Source of the DNA: a virus
Length of the DNA: 64,000 bases
IMG/VR virus record: IMGVR_UViG_3300046740_000358
Coordinates: 1 to 64,000 of that record
Strand: one strand, 5' to 3'
Of the stretch, positions 9,343 to 18,772 are shown one piece after another; position 1 is the stretch's first letter; each line of letters begins with the position of its first letter. Position numbers and translations under genes: made by a program. The notes beneath the pieces were generated by a model that was not told the origin of the DNA, did no database searches, and saw only the letters and a list, made by a program, of their open reading frames with translations.

Positions 9343-9539
9343 CGGTTTGCTCCTATCGCGCGGAACTCCCAGCCCGCCGCCTTCAGCCGCCCGAGCTCGC
9401 CAATGGGGCACCTCCCCAAGTCCACGCGCCCCGACACCGTCAGCCCCCGGCCTCCGTGGCGTGGAGGGGCAATCAGGACGTGCCAGCGGCCTACGCGGGC
9501 GGGGTGGGTGGCAACGTGGGTGGCGAGGTGGCGCTTCAC
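9339..9539 (-). CDS. Hypothetical protein
   Basis: GTGA/ATGA coupling at both ends. Confidence 0.45.
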   Translation of the reverse strand: MKRHLATHVATHPARVGRWHVLIAPPRHGGRGLTVSGRVDLGRCPIGELGRLKAAGWEFRAIGANR

Positions 9540-9766
9540 GAGACGACACCAAGGGCGTGCACCACGAGGACGCGCTTGCGCCAATCATTCGTTTTCCGGC
9601 TGGTCAACAGCCCGGCGCCAATTCGCTCCTTGAGCGCGTCGGAGACCTGTTTCTCGCTGAGGCCGAAGCGCACGGACATCTGACCGTTGGTCGGTGAGGT
9701 CCCGTCGTGCTGGCGCTTGAATTCCTCGACGAACACCAGAAGCGGATCGAGGCCGGATTTCATCAC
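9536..9766 (-). CDS. LexA-N-like winged HTH protein
   Basis: FVEEFKRQHDGTSPTNGQMSVRFGLS...V.DAL pattern. Confidence 0.6.
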   Translation of the reverse strand: MMKSGLDPLLVFVEEFKRQHDGTSPTNGQMSVRFGLSEKQVSDALKERIGAGLLTSRKTNDWRKRVLVVHALGVVS

Positions 9767-9966
9767 ACACCGTCCATGTAAAAGACCTTAGCTAGTTGCT
9801 CAAACGTGGCGCATCGCACGCCGTCGAATTCTCGGCAGGAGCACTCGGCCGACGTCTCGCACGGCCCCATGACCACCAGCGTGGCGTCAGCGATGACGCA
9901 GGAACAGCCCTCGTGTCCCGGGCGCGGGAGGTTCGGGCGCACGACAAACGGCGTGACGTCGATCAT
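9763..9966 (-). CDS. Small Cys-rich hypothetical protein
   Basis: ATGA-coupled ORF. Confidence 0.5.
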   Translation of the reverse strand: MIDVTPFVVRPNLPRPGHEGCSCVIADATLVVMGPCETSAECSCREFDGVRCATFEQLAKVFYMDGV

Positions 9967-10481
9967 GCGCCCCTCGTCGCGAACGGAACGATCTGGGTGT
10001 GGGGTGGTAGGAAGAGGGGGTGTTTCGGCCAGCCGTCCTTGGTGCGCCCGAAGCAATGCACCACGGGCTTGTGCCGCAACAGCGCCGCCCGCACCTCGGA
10101 CGTCCGCAGTTCAAGCACGCGGTGCTTGAGCGGGATCGCGCCCCAAGCGGCAACCACCACCTCACAGCGCGCGCACATGGCTGCGATCGCGGGGTCGTTG
10201 TCGACGGGCGTGAACACGTCGAGGCCCGCCCGGATCGCGTCCACCAAGCGGTCGGGGTCCGTGGCCCGAAAGGGCGAGACGTTGACGACCATGATCCCGT
10301 CGAAGCCGTTGTGCGCGGCGATGCGACAGACGGACCTGATCGTGTTGTCGTTGCTCGTCTTGTCGTCGACGAACTCCTCCGATGCCATCGAAGGGTTGAC
10401 CATGCAGATACCAAGGGGCCGCGTTGGGTTGTCCGTGATGCTTCGTCGAAGGGTGAAGCGGTACGTGGTCGGCTCGCTCAT
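9963..10481 (-). CDS. DUF1643-family protein
   Basis: YRFTL.R, MVNPS.A, D.TIR, FRATDP, VVAAWG, TKDG.P.HPL. Confidence 0.88.
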   Translation of the reverse strand: MSEPTTYRFTLRRSITDNPTRPLGICMVNPSMASEEFVDDKTSNDNTIRSVCRIAAHNGFDGIMVVNVSPFRATDPDRLVDAIRAGLDVFTPVDNDPAIAAMCARCEVVVAAWGAIPLKHRVLELRTSEVRAALLRHKPVVHCFGRTKDGWPKHPLFLPPHTQIVPFATRGA

Positions 10482-12175
10482 TGTCCACTCGCTTTCCGTT
10501 GCTCGGCGATCGCCCGTCCCACCGCTTCGCCCATCGCGATCGGCATGGCCATTCCGATTTGCTTCCATCGGGCCGACTTGGTGACCCCCGAGAAGTACCA
10601 CCGGCGGACCTCCCCGCAGAACCTGCACTTCTCCCCCGGGCGCACGCCGTCGCGCATCAGCCCCGGCGTCTCGGCGTCCACCTGGTGGCCCACGCAATCC
10701 CCATCTGGGAACCCCTGCAGGATGGCGGCCGCGCGCTCCGACAGGATGACGGCGTTCGGGCCCTTGTGCTGGGAATTGCCCACCGCCGGATCGTGGTGAC
10801 CGGGCGTGCCCATGCGCTCGTCGCCCTGGATGGTCGTCGACGGCCTATCCCACGGCCACTCCAGCGTGGTCCCGTTCCCCATCTCATTGCTCAGGACGGC
10901 GGGGGCGGGGTCGGCGCCGGTGGCAAACGTCTGGCAGCGCGCGCCGCGGGTCGGGCCTACCGTGCGCTCGAGTTGGGGGACGTCATCGACCAGCAGCGAC
11001 GTACCACCGCGCGAGTTCCGCCCGCCGTTGGTCTTGATGGTGCGGCCCGGCTCGTCGAGCTTGCTCTCCGGGTGGTTGTCCCAGGAGCGAGCCGCGGGGA
11101 CCGCCAGCGCTCGGCCGCCCTGCGCTCCCCTGTTCGCCCGTGAACCCGTGACCGCTGGCGCTGGCGCATCGAGTGTCGCAGGCGGGTGCCTGTCGTTGAA
11201 AGTGTTTGTCGCCGGCGCTCGGTGCGGCGCGGTCGCAATCAGGACCTGGCCGCCCTTGATCCCTTCGTGCGACGTCACCACCCGAGCGGGTTCGTCGGGC
11301 CGGCTGCAGACGGACTCGTCGCCGCCATTCGGGACGTATGCCATCGGTTCCGGCGCCGGCACGCCCGCGATCAAGATCTGGCCTCCCTTGTGGTGCTGGC
11401 GCGCGGTGACGGTTCGCGCCGCCTCGTCGCCCGTCGAGCATCGCGTGTCGTCGCCGCCGTTCTTTCGCCCGTCCTCTCCCCGCGCGCGCATCCGCATGTT
11501 CACCGGGCGTCCGAGCTCGGCCAGGGGGAGGTGTTCCAGCGCCTGGCGGCAAGTCACGTAGGGCAGCAGCGCGTGCCCGTCGAACGATGCTTGTCCCGTG
11601 GCGGGGGCGTGGGTCGGCGCCGGCCACTTCACGCACGGGCCGTCGAGATGGCCGAACCAGAACGGGCGGGACCGGAATTGCGGCACGCCGAACGAGACCG
11701 CGTTGAGAGACGCGAAGTCGCGAACGCAGTACCCGACCGCCGCGAGCGGGGCCAGCACCTCTTGCACCACGTGCCACGACGTCGAGTCCTCGAGCCCCGG
11801 CACGTTGCCGATCAGGTACGCGCGCGGCCGCAGCAACCGAATGATCTCGGCGGTGACGTGGAGACAGTCCCGCTCGTCAGCGGTCCCCAAGCGCTTCCCG
11901 GCCCGGCTCCAAGGGGTGCAAGGCGGGTCGGCAACGATCAGGTCCAGCCGATCGCCAAACTGCGCCGGCGTGTGCCCGTCCAACGTCGGGCGCCATCCGT
12001 GGCGGACCATCTCCGCCAGATCGTTCACGTCGATCTGGATCGGCCGGTGCCCGTGGTTGCGCTCGTACGAATCGCAGGCGTCGGCGTCTTTGTCGAAGGC
12101 CATGTGCATCTTCACGCCAGCGCGGCGAAGGCCCTCCGCCAATCCACCGCTGCAAGGGAATAACTCTATGTTCAC
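10478..12175 (-). CDS. DNA (cytosine-5) methyltransferase with repeated TRD-like units
   Basis: ELFPCSGG (motif I), DPPCTPWS (IV), GNVPG (VI variant), FGVPQFRSR (VIII), AAILQGFP and QIGMAMP (IX/X). Confidence 0.9.
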   Translation of the reverse strand: MNIELFPCSGGLAEGLRRAGVKMHMAFDKDADACDSYERNHGHRPIQIDVNDLAEMVRHGWRPTLDGHTPAQFGDRLDLIVADPPCTPWSRAGKRLGTADERDCLHVTAEIIRLLRPRAYLIGNVPGLEDSTSWHVVQEVLAPLAAVGYCVRDFASLNAVSFGVPQFRSRPFWFGHLDGPCVKWPAPTHAPATGQASFDGHALLPYVTCRQALEHLPLAELGRPVNMRMRARGEDGRKNGGDDTRCSTGDEAARTVTARQHHKGGQILIAGVPAPEPMAYVPNGGDESVCSRPDEPARVVTSHEGIKGGQVLIATAPHRAPATNTFNDRHPPATLDAPAPAVTGSRANRGAQGGRALAVPAARSWDNHPESKLDEPGRTIKTNGGRNSRGGTSLLVDDVPQLERTVGPTRGARCQTFATGADPAPAVLSNEMGNGTTLEWPWDRPSTTIQGDERMGTPGHHDPAVGNSQHKGPNAVILSERAAAILQGFPDGDCVGHQVDAETPGLMRDGVRPGEKCRFCGEVRRWYFSGVTKSARWKQIGMAMPIAMGEAVGRAIAEQRKASGQ

Positions 12176-12363
12176 TGGTCGGTCTCCTCGTCTTCAATCG
12201 GTTCCCGCTCGCGCGGCAGTCGCTTCCTGGGGCGCAGCAGTTTCACATGCGATGCCCACACCACGAACGTGTATCCGGTGATCAGCCGCGGTGCCGCCCG
12301 CCAACCGATGCCAGCGCTGGATAGGCGGACGAGATCGCCAACGCGGAGTTCGGCGCGCGCCAT
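12172..12363 (-). CDS. Hypothetical protein
   Basis: Coupled ORF. Confidence 0.45.
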   Translation of the reverse strand: MARAELRVGDLVRLSSAGIGWRAAPRLITGYTFVVWASHVKLLRPRKRLPREREPIEDEETDQ

Positions 12364-12596
12364 CAGGTCCACTTCGCGATCAGTTCCGGGGTCAGGCCCT
12401 GGCACATCAACCGTTCGGCCACCCTTGCCCGCGAGGTTCCGTGCAGCCCCGTCTTTGCAAGTTCGTCCAGCATGGCCGCCACGACAGGGGCGACCGTCAT
12501 TGTCACCCTGACGCCGCGGTCGTACGCGCGCCCAGTCGCACGCATATGACGGCGGGCCTTCGCCAGTTCCAGGGCGACTCGAGAAGCCGAAGGCAT
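12363..12596 (-). CDS. Ribbon-helix-helix DNA-binding protein
   Basis: VRVTMTV strand, helix, then GTSRARVAERLM. Confidence 0.6.
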   Translation of the reverse strand: MPSASRVALELAKARRHMRATGRAYDRGVRVTMTVAPVVAAMLDELAKTGLHGTSRARVAERLMCQGLTPELIAKWT

Positions 12597-13007
12597 CTAC
12601 TCGTCTCGCCCTGGAACGCTAGAGCGCCGTGCGGCCTTCATCGCCCCGTTGACCTTGACCAACCTGGCGCCCTGAGCGTCGGCCTTCACCTTGTCGAACC
12701 GGAGTTGCTTGCACGTCGGGCACGTGATGCCGGCGCCGGACATCGAGAAGCGGAGGTGAGACCCGCGCTCCGTGCACGCGGCCACGTCCATCGCAGGACC
12801 AACGCGGGCGTGGACGGGCACGCGCTCGAGTTCGGCGATGGCTGCAACGATGGCCGCCTGCAACCCGGGGAGAGACGCGATCCTTTCGGGAGACAGCACC
12901 TGGGCAGCTAGTCCCGACGTCAGCGACTGCTCGATGTCGGCGATGACGATGGTCATGCGATCGATCACCCGGCGCTTCATCGGCGCCGGGACGTCGAGCC
13001 ACTTCAT
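12597..13007 (-). CDS. Hypothetical protein (C-terminal CxxC)
   Basis: ATGA-coupled ORF. Confidence 0.55.
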   Translation of the reverse strand: MKWLDVPAPMKRRVIDRMTIVIADIEQSLTSGLAAQVLSPERIASLPGLQAAIVAAIAELERVPVHARVGPAMDVAACTERGSHLRFSMSGAGITCPTCKQLRFDKVKADAQGARLVKVNGAMKAARRSSVPGRDE

Positions 13008-13285
13008 GGTCGCGCCCCCAGCGGGTTCTCGTCGTCGAGTTCCAGTCCGAGACCCGCCAGCCAGTCCACGTACGCCGGCAGCGGCGACCCCAGCAGGTAC
13101 CGCGACCCGCTGTGCGTGGTGACCGTCCTCCCCTCGGCCGCGACCACCTTGGACGTGATGATGCACTCCCCGTCGAGGTCGACGAACCCGGACAGATGCG
13201 CCGGGGCGAAGTGCGGGCGCACCCGCTGGGCCCGGCTGCCCACAAGTTCCCAGTTCGCGAGGGTGATAACGGACTTCGAGCTCAT
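13004..13285 (-). CDS. Hypothetical protein (ITSKVV...TTHSGSRYLLG)
   Basis: Coupled ORF, globular. Confidence 0.65.
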   Translation of the reverse strand: MSSKSVITLANWELVGSRAQRVRPHFAPAHLSGFVDLDGECIITSKVVAAEGRTVTTHSGSRYLLGSPLPAYVDWLAGLGLELDDENPLGARP

Positions 13286-13528
13286 CGAAACCACTCGTCA
13301 ACGATGAAGCCGTGCCGGCTGGCCCAGCGCCGGAACAGTTTGGCTTCCTTCCGCGCCTTCCGGTTCGACCTTCCCCGGTGTAGGTAGTGGACTTGTCGGC
13401 GCGTCTTCATCGGCACACCAGCCACGAGGCCACGCCTGCCAGCGCAGCGAGAACCAGCAAGGCCCGGCCCTCTCGTCGGTAGCGCCGGGAACGCTGGTCG
13501 GGGGTTTCGGTCACAAGTTGCGGGGGAT

Positions 13529-14107
13529 TCAAGATGCCACCTCCTGTTTCAATTCTTCCATCGCCGCTCGCAGGGCCCGCACCTCACGGGACCGCTCCGC
13601 CGCTCGCCTGTAACGCCCCAGCGCCGCCACCACCGCCGTCACCGGGATGCCGTACCGCCTCCCCAGGTCGATGTAGACGCCGTAGTAGCGCCCCTCGTGC
13701 ACCACCGCCCCCATCTCCCGAATGAACCTCGGCAGGCCGCGGGCGGCGTACTGCTCGGCCGCGAGGATTGCCGCGTCCAGCGTGGCCACGCGGGCGGCGA
13801 GCTGCGCAGTCGACACGAGGTCTTCTGGTGACGGGGCGCGCCCGGCCGACGTCGGTTCGAAGGCCACCGCTCGAATCGTTGCGAGGTCGTACCCCCTCGC
13901 CAGTCGATTGTCGTCGGTCACGCTCACCGGCAGGGCCCAATGGGTCACGCGGCGCAAAACCTCCTTGCGCTGGAACCCGTCGAAGCGTCCGGCGTCGAGC
14001 GCGACGAGGGTGGCCTCCTGGGCGATGTCATCGCGGGAGACGCCCTGCCATCGGCGAGCGGCCCAGCTGGAAAACTTGGTGATTGCAAGGGTTGTTGAGG
14101 GGGTCAT
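13529..14107 (-). CDS. Sigma-factor-like / HTH transcription regulator
   Basis: SRDDIAQEATLVAL (region-2-like), SPEDLV, C-terminal HTH-like YIDLGRRYGIP. Confidence 0.55.
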   Translation of the reverse strand: MTPSTTLAITKFSSWAARRWQGVSRDDIAQEATLVALDAGRFDGFQRKEVLRRVTHWALPVSVTDDNRLARGYDLATIRAVAFEPTSAGRAPSPEDLVSTAQLAARVATLDAAILAAEQYAARGLPRFIREMGAVVHEGRYYGVYIDLGRRYGIPVTAVVAALGRYRRAAERSREVRALRAAMEELKQEVAS

Positions 14108-14382
14108 TCTGACGGCTCCAGATGCCGGGCAAGATGCTTTTCGATGACGTCCGCAAGGTGAAGGTGCTCGTCCCAGTCGTTGTCGCCGTGGTCGGCGCAG
14201 ACGGAGCGGAGCGCGGCTACGGTCGCTTCCCGCTCCAAGATCCACTTCGCCCGCGTGGCCTCCGTATCCTCGTAGCCAAGCTCCATCAGGCACCGCTGCA
14301 GCACCGACGTCCACGCCGCGCGGTGTCCCCGGATCCAAACCCGCTCCCCTTCGTCGGTTCTGTCGGCTTCGATGGTGCTCAC
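14104..14382 (-). CDS. Hypothetical protein
   Basis: Coupled ORF. Confidence 0.65.
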   Translation of the reverse strand: MSTIEADRTDEGERVWIRGHRAAWTSVLQRCLMELGYEDTEATRAKWILEREATVAALRSVCADHGDNDWDEHLHLADVIEKHLARHLEPSE

Positions 14383-14657
14383 GGCTTCACCGCCCGTGCG
14401 GCGTCCGCCTGCCCGGCGAGCTTCGCGGCCCGTTCAAGGACATCAGGGTCTGTCCACGACTGCGCCACGCCAGCCCGATTGTTTCTCTCGGCCGCACGTC
14501 GAAGAAAAGCCAGGCCGAATTCGCGACAAGCGTCGAGGCCCATATTCACCACGGACGGCGCGTGGAGTTCGTGTGCAAGCTCCCGCGCATCCTCCTGCGT
14601 GCCGCACGCGAAATAGGTTCCGTGGTGACACACGACGGGATACCCGCTTTCGGTCAC
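14379..14657 (-). CDS. Hypothetical protein ending DAARAVKP
   Basis: GTGA-coupled. Confidence 0.55.
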   Translation of the reverse strand: MTESGYPVVCHHGTYFACGTQEDARELAHELHAPSVVNMGLDACREFGLAFLRRAAERNNRAGVAQSWTDPDVLERAAKLAGQADAARAVKP

Positions 14658-14947
14658 GGCTTCGCCGCCCGTGCGGCGTCTCGCCACGCTTCGATCCCGC
14701 CGGCCCTGATCTCGATAGCGCACGCCTGCAGTTCGAGCTTTCGCGCTACCGCGCCATCATGCAGGGCCGCCGCCTTTGCTTCGAGGTATGCGGCCACCTG
14801 GTCCGTCGTTAGGCCAAGGACCGGAGGATTCGCCGAGTTCAAGCGTCCGCACGCCCGCCCCCATCGGTGCGCCAAGAAAGCGGCACCAGCCCACAGCACG
14901 GAGAGGATCGCTCCGAAAGCAAGAAACACTCGCTCCGAAACCATCAC
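14654..14947 (-). CDS. Membrane protein ending DAARAAKP
   Basis: N-terminal hydrophobic helix; GTGA-coupled. Confidence 0.6.
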   Translation of the reverse strand: MMVSERVFLAFGAILSVLWAGAAFLAHRWGRACGRLNSANPPVLGLTTDQVAAYLEAKAAALHDGAVARKLELQACAIEIRAGGIEAWRDAARAAKP

Positions 14948-15444
14948 GGCGCCTTCCGTGCGGCGTCTAGGGCCGCGAGGATGGTTGCCGCCGCCCGCTC
15001 GCCCTTGTTATCCGCTGGGCTGTGGCCGGAGCCGTACTCTCGGAGTTCTCCGAGCGTCAGACGCAGCGCCGCCTCCATCTCAGGCGCCAGCCGGATCATC
15101 TCGCGGGCGAGGGGAGATGCCAGTTCAATCCAGGAAGCGTCGTTGGTAAGTGTCAAGACGTCCGCACAGTTGGCGTCTTCCAACCCCCAGGCCATGCCGT
15201 ACTCTCGCCACCGCCACGGCGCGGGGTGCTCGCCTGTGCCGGCGCGCGACGCGACCTGCGCCGGATGCTCGGTCGGATGCGATCCGGCGCCCGCGATGCC
15301 CTCGGACGCGACGTAAGTCTGGTTGCCGCCCACTCCCCCCACTGACACGACGAACGCCTGTGGGGCATGGCCAGCAACGATGGTCGCCTCGTCATGTGGT
15401 CGTTTGACGGCCTCGCCGCCCTCGTGCTTCTCTTCGTCTGACAT
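14944..15444 (-). CDS. Hypothetical protein, paralog of 62495..62866
   Basis: SD GGAGG; shares HPAPW, LASPLA.E.IRLAPEMEAALR and TILAALDAAR. Confidence 0.7.
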   Translation of the reverse strand: MSDEEKHEGGEAVKRPHDEATIVAGHAPQAFVVSVGGVGGNQTYVASEGIAGAGSHPTEHPAQVASRAGTGEHPAPWRWREYGMAWGLEDANCADVLTLTNDASWIELASPLAREMIRLAPEMEAALRLTLGELREYGSGHSPADNKGERAAATILAALDAARKAP

Positions 15445-15484
15445 CGGGTCTCCTCCGTTCAGGGGACTTGCGGGTGAACCTGGA

Positions 15485-15518
15485 AAGCCCCGGGGGCGCG
15501 AGTGAGGCGCCCCCGGGG
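15485..15518 (-). terminator. Putative intrinsic terminator
   Basis: CCCCGGGGGCGC-loop-GCGCCCCCGGGG followed by CTTT. Confidence 0.55.
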
Positions 15519-16034
15519 TCAACCTTTCGGGGTGGTAACGATTCGCGTGAGGATCACTGTCGTGGTGTCCGAAGCCACCTGGCCGTGGTCGTAACTCCGC
15601 GTGCGAATGACGTCGTCGACGTGGAATTCGTCGCCTTCGATCACCAATGGCTTGCCACTAGTCTGGAGCGCCGCGATCGTTTCGTAGGCGCGTCTCTGTC
15701 TAGCCTCGCGATCGTCCGCTGGTTTGCGGATCGGTTCGGTCACGTCCTCGCGCATCGACACGTGGAAGTCGGAGAGGATGTCACTGGCGATGGCTTCAGC
15801 GGGTTCGGTGTTCTCCGTGGTCGGCAGTAAGCCACCGAGAACGGCATCGACCAGCGCCTGGCGGTCTGTCTTCATCTCCTCGTCCTCGGCGGCACGGAGG
15901 GCGTCGAGGGCAACGATTGCGATACCGCAGAAGGACAATGACGCCGATCCTGACATCGCATCTCCGACGGCCCGCTCGACGGCCTTGATCAGCGCCTTGG
16001 AGTGCCTCATCGCGGCCACCGGAATGGCCACCAC
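15519..16034 (-). CDS. Hypothetical protein
   Basis: ORF track. Confidence 0.55.
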   Translation of the reverse strand: MVAIPVAAMRHSKALIKAVERAVGDAMSGSASLSFCGIAIVALDALRAAEDEEMKTDRQALVDAVLGGLLPTTENTEPAEAIASDILSDFHVSMREDVTEPIRKPADDREARQRRAYETIAALQTSGKPLVIEGDEFHVDDVIRTRSYDHGQVASDTTTVILTRIVTTPKG

Positions 16035-16092
16035 GTCACGAGGACCGCGGCGACGATGCAGTCCAAGGCGCCCACCACGGCCTGGGCTGTGG

Positions 16093-16275
16093 TCACGACT
16101 CCACCGAAGGGCGGACCGGGTAGGCCGCGACGGAGCGGCGGATCAGTTCGGCGATCCCCACCCCGTGGGCGCGCGCCTTCGCCCGCAGGCGGATGTTCTC
16201 GGACTTCGTCAACCGGAACACCGGCCCGACAAGCGGGCGTGGAATCCTTGACCTCGGCTCCATCTGTTTCTGCAT
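16093..16275 (-). CDS. Ribbon-helix-helix protein, leaderless
   Basis: VFRLTKSE..RLRAKA..HGVGIAELIRR; promoter directly upstream. Confidence 0.65.
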   Translation of the reverse strand: MQKQMEPRSRIPRPLVGPVFRLTKSENIRLRAKARAHGVGIAELIRRSVAAYPVRPSVES

Positions 16276-16282
16276 GCGACAG

Positions 16283-16311
16283 ACGGTATCGTGATATCGC
16301 GACCTCGTCAA
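16283..16311 (-). promoter_or_regulatory. Sigma70-type promoter with palindromic operator in the spacer
   Basis: TTGACG-17-TACCGT-7-ATG; spacer contains TCGCGATATCACGA. Confidence 0.7.
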
Positions 16312-16316
16312 ATGCC

Positions 16317-16754
16317 TTATGCGTCGACCGTCGTCAGGTAGATCACGACACGCGGGTTCGCGGCGTCTTTCAGGCGGCGGCTTCCGTCCCAATGCGCGAT
16401 CAGGCTGTCATTCATGATGACGCCCGCGTTCTGGAGCGCGTCCCCGATCGCCTGGTAGTAGCCGTTGGCATCTCCCGTGGCCCGATCGCGGAAGATGCCC
16501 GCACGCACCGTCACCGGCTGGTTGATTGCGCCGGCCCTATGCCACTGCTGGCGGAGTTGCCGGATCGCGCTGTCCGCCCAGTCCTTCGTGAAACTGGCGC
16601 TCATGATGAACGGCGTCCCGTCGCGCTTGCGTGCGATGCGCTGGGACGTCTTCTTTGTCCGGGGCGGGCCCAAGATCTCGAACCGCCACCGCTCGCCGAT
16701 GGGCTGTAGGTCCAGAGCGGGCGGCTTCGGTTTCTTCGGCTGGCGGCGTGACAT
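16317..16754 (-). CDS. rusA: RusA-like Holliday junction resolvase
   Basis: GPPRTKK.S, DANGYYQAIGDAL..AGVI.NDS.I, NPRVVIYL. Confidence 0.8.
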   Translation of the reverse strand: MSRRQPKKPKPPALDLQPIGERWRFEILGPPRTKKTSQRIARKRDGTPFIMSASFTKDWADSAIRQLRQQWHRAGAINQPVTVRAGIFRDRATGDANGYYQAIGDALQNAGVIMNDSLIAHWDGSRRLKDAANPRVVIYLTTVDA

Positions 16755-16802
16755 CGCCGACCACCGTGCGCCCGCCCGCGCGGCGGTGTCAACCACAAAC
16801 GC

Positions 16803-16828
16803 AAAACGGGGCCCGACCTGGGCCCCGC
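16803..16828 (-). terminator. Intrinsic terminator
   Basis: CGGGGCCC-AGGTC-GGGCCCCG followed by TTTT. Confidence 0.65.
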
Positions 16829-16853
16829 ATGCTTCGATCTCGACCGGCCTACG

Positions 16854-17612
16854 TCATTCCGCCGTCCACGCCCCCGGGCCGTTGCCGGGCAAGATGTAGA
16901 CGCGATCGTTCCGCAGGTCATGCCGGTAGGCGGTCCTGCTGCGCTCGTCGGCCTTCTTGACGGTGACGGCCGCGATGTACTCGACGCTCGCCTTCGAGCC
17001 GAACACGTTGGACGTCGAACCGTCGTCGTTTTCGACGATGATGTACCCATGGCTGTAGTCGCCGGGCTCCGTGCACGTCCCCATGAAATCCAGTCGTCCA
17101 ACGCCCTCGCCGAACCACGCGGGGCAGACGAAGTTCGACACCTCGACGTCGCGCGTGACCCGGCCAATGGTTGCCGCGATCGTGTAGTGGTCGTTTTCCA
17201 CCGCATCACACACCTCGAGAGCCGTCACGATCCCGGACGCCATCCGCACCCAGCGATCCCCGTACGGATCGCCAATGAGCTCGAGCGCCTCGTGCCCCAT
17301 GACCGTCGGGATCGGCTGGCTCCGCCCCCAGGCAAGATCGGGCAGCGCCAAGCCGCCGTGGTCGCCGAGGTAGCCCGGCGTCTCCAGTGACGGCACGATC
17401 TGAATCGGCGCGAAGGATCCGGCGGAGAGGTTGTCGGAGTTCGAATACCCCACCACCTCCACCGGCCTCTTGACGGGCAGGTAGTCCTGCCACAGCGGGA
17501 GAAAATCGCGCTCGACCTGGATGCGGAGCGCCTCCACGGCGAAGGCGAAATCGTCGGGCTTCATCAGGCCGCGGTCATTCAGGAACGCGACCTCGCGGAC
17601 CATGTCCATCAT
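16854..17612 (-). CDS. Putative zinc metallopeptidase-like protein
   Basis: LGDH, HEALE..GDP, EVCDAVE, VSNFV.P.WF. Confidence 0.6.
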   Translation of the reverse strand: MMDMVREVAFLNDRGLMKPDDFAFAVEALRIQVERDFLPLWQDYLPVKRPVEVVGYSNSDNLSAGSFAPIQIVPSLETPGYLGDHGGLALPDLAWGRSQPIPTVMGHEALELIGDPYGDRWVRMASGIVTALEVCDAVENDHYTIAATIGRVTRDVEVSNFVCPAWFGEGVGRLDFMGTCTEPGDYSHGYIIVENDDGSTSNVFGSKASVEYIAAVTVKKADERSRTAYRHDLRNDRVYILPGNGPGAWTAE

Positions 17613-18115
17613 GGGACGCAGATTCCCCAGCCCGGTTTCGGCGCAGGACCCGTCGGCACGCGGCACACCAGCGGGGGCACGCACGCCGGTGAACAGAACG
17701 GACCGGACGCGAGACCAGACGCAAACCGCACCTCGCGCGCCGTCAGGTAGGCCATCGCGTTGGCCGTGACGACGTCCGCATTCGGCTGGGCGCTGCCCGG
17801 GTGGGCCGCCTTCCGGTTCTCGGCGGCCGTCGCCGCCAGCGCCACCGCGCACACCACCGCATCGTCACCCACGCGCTGCGCGAGCTTGGTCAGCAGGCCG
17901 ACGTAGTCCTTCGACAGAAGGTCGGTGGTGACGTCCGTGATGATGCTCGGCAATTGGCTCTGCACCTTGTCGGCGGCGCAGTCGACCACGTCGACCACCT
18001 TGGTCAGGACGGGCGTCGCTGGCGGCGGCGTCCCCGTGGTTGTGCACCCTGGAACCGCCATCGAGACGGACAGGAGGGCCAGGAGGAGGGCGGCGGTTCG
18101 AATGGACGTGTTCAT
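17609..18115 (-). CDS. Lipoprotein
   Basis: Signal peptide with VPGC lipobox-like site; SD GGGAG; Cys-rich C-terminus. Confidence 0.7.
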   Translation of the reverse strand: MNTSIRTAALLLALLSVSMAVPGCTTTGTPPPATPVLTKVVDVVDCAADKVQSQLPSIITDVTTDLLSKDYVGLLTKLAQRVGDDAVVCAVALAATAAENRKAAHPGSAQPNADVVTANAMAYLTAREVRFASGLASGPFCSPACVPPLVCRVPTGPAPKPGWGICVP

Positions 18116-18136
18116 GGTAGTGGCTCCCTTGCGATT

Positions 18137-18772
18137 TCAGTTGATCCAGGCGGCGAAGTTCCCGCCAGCAGTGAGCGACACAGTTGCCTGCCAGCACCCC
18201 GTCGCGTTTCCACAACTTGCAGGCGGACGGTAGGTGATCGCGCCAGCGACGGCTGTGCCCCCACCCTTGTAGGTCCAGGTCCCGCCAACGGCGTGGGTGT
18301 AGACCGAACACTGGACCCAACTGACGCTGACGAGTTGCGGGTTGTACTGCGGAGCCGGTCCGAGAGCGTCGCTCATCCCCATCGACTGGCACCGAAGCTG
18401 AATTTCAGCAACGGCAGGATTCAAGCTGTAGGTCGCAAACGTGGATGGGGCGACGGGGGCGATGTCCCCGCAGGTGCCGATGCCCGTCCCGAAAACCTTC
18501 ATCATCGTACCGGCCGGCTGCGTGGGCGTGTACGGAGGAGGGGGCAGCGGGTAGGGCGCGTAGCCCCAGGACTCGACAACCGTCTGGCGAAGCGCGAACG
18601 GTCCCTGCCCGCCGAAGTAGTACGCGCCGGCCGGCGTGAACACGCCGCCCACGTTCCACGCGGGGCTCAAGTACACCACCGCTGGGTTGACGTAGGCGCG
18701 GGCCTCGGCGGCAAACAGACTCACGGCACAAAGCGCGGCGATGGCGAGGAGCGATTTCAGTCGTGGGATCAT
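18137..18772 (-). CDS. Secreted protein
   Basis: Signal peptide ending AEARA; SD AAAGGA. Confidence 0.65.
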   Translation of the reverse strand: MIPRLKSLLAIAALCAVSLFAAEARAYVNPAVVYLSPAWNVGGVFTPAGAYYFGGQGPFALRQTVVESWGYAPYPLPPPPYTPTQPAGTMMKVFGTGIGTCGDIAPVAPSTFATYSLNPAVAEIQLRCQSMGMSDALGPAPQYNPQLVSVSWVQCSVYTHAVGGTWTYKGGGTAVAGAITYRPPASCGNATGCWQATVSLTAGGNFAAWIN

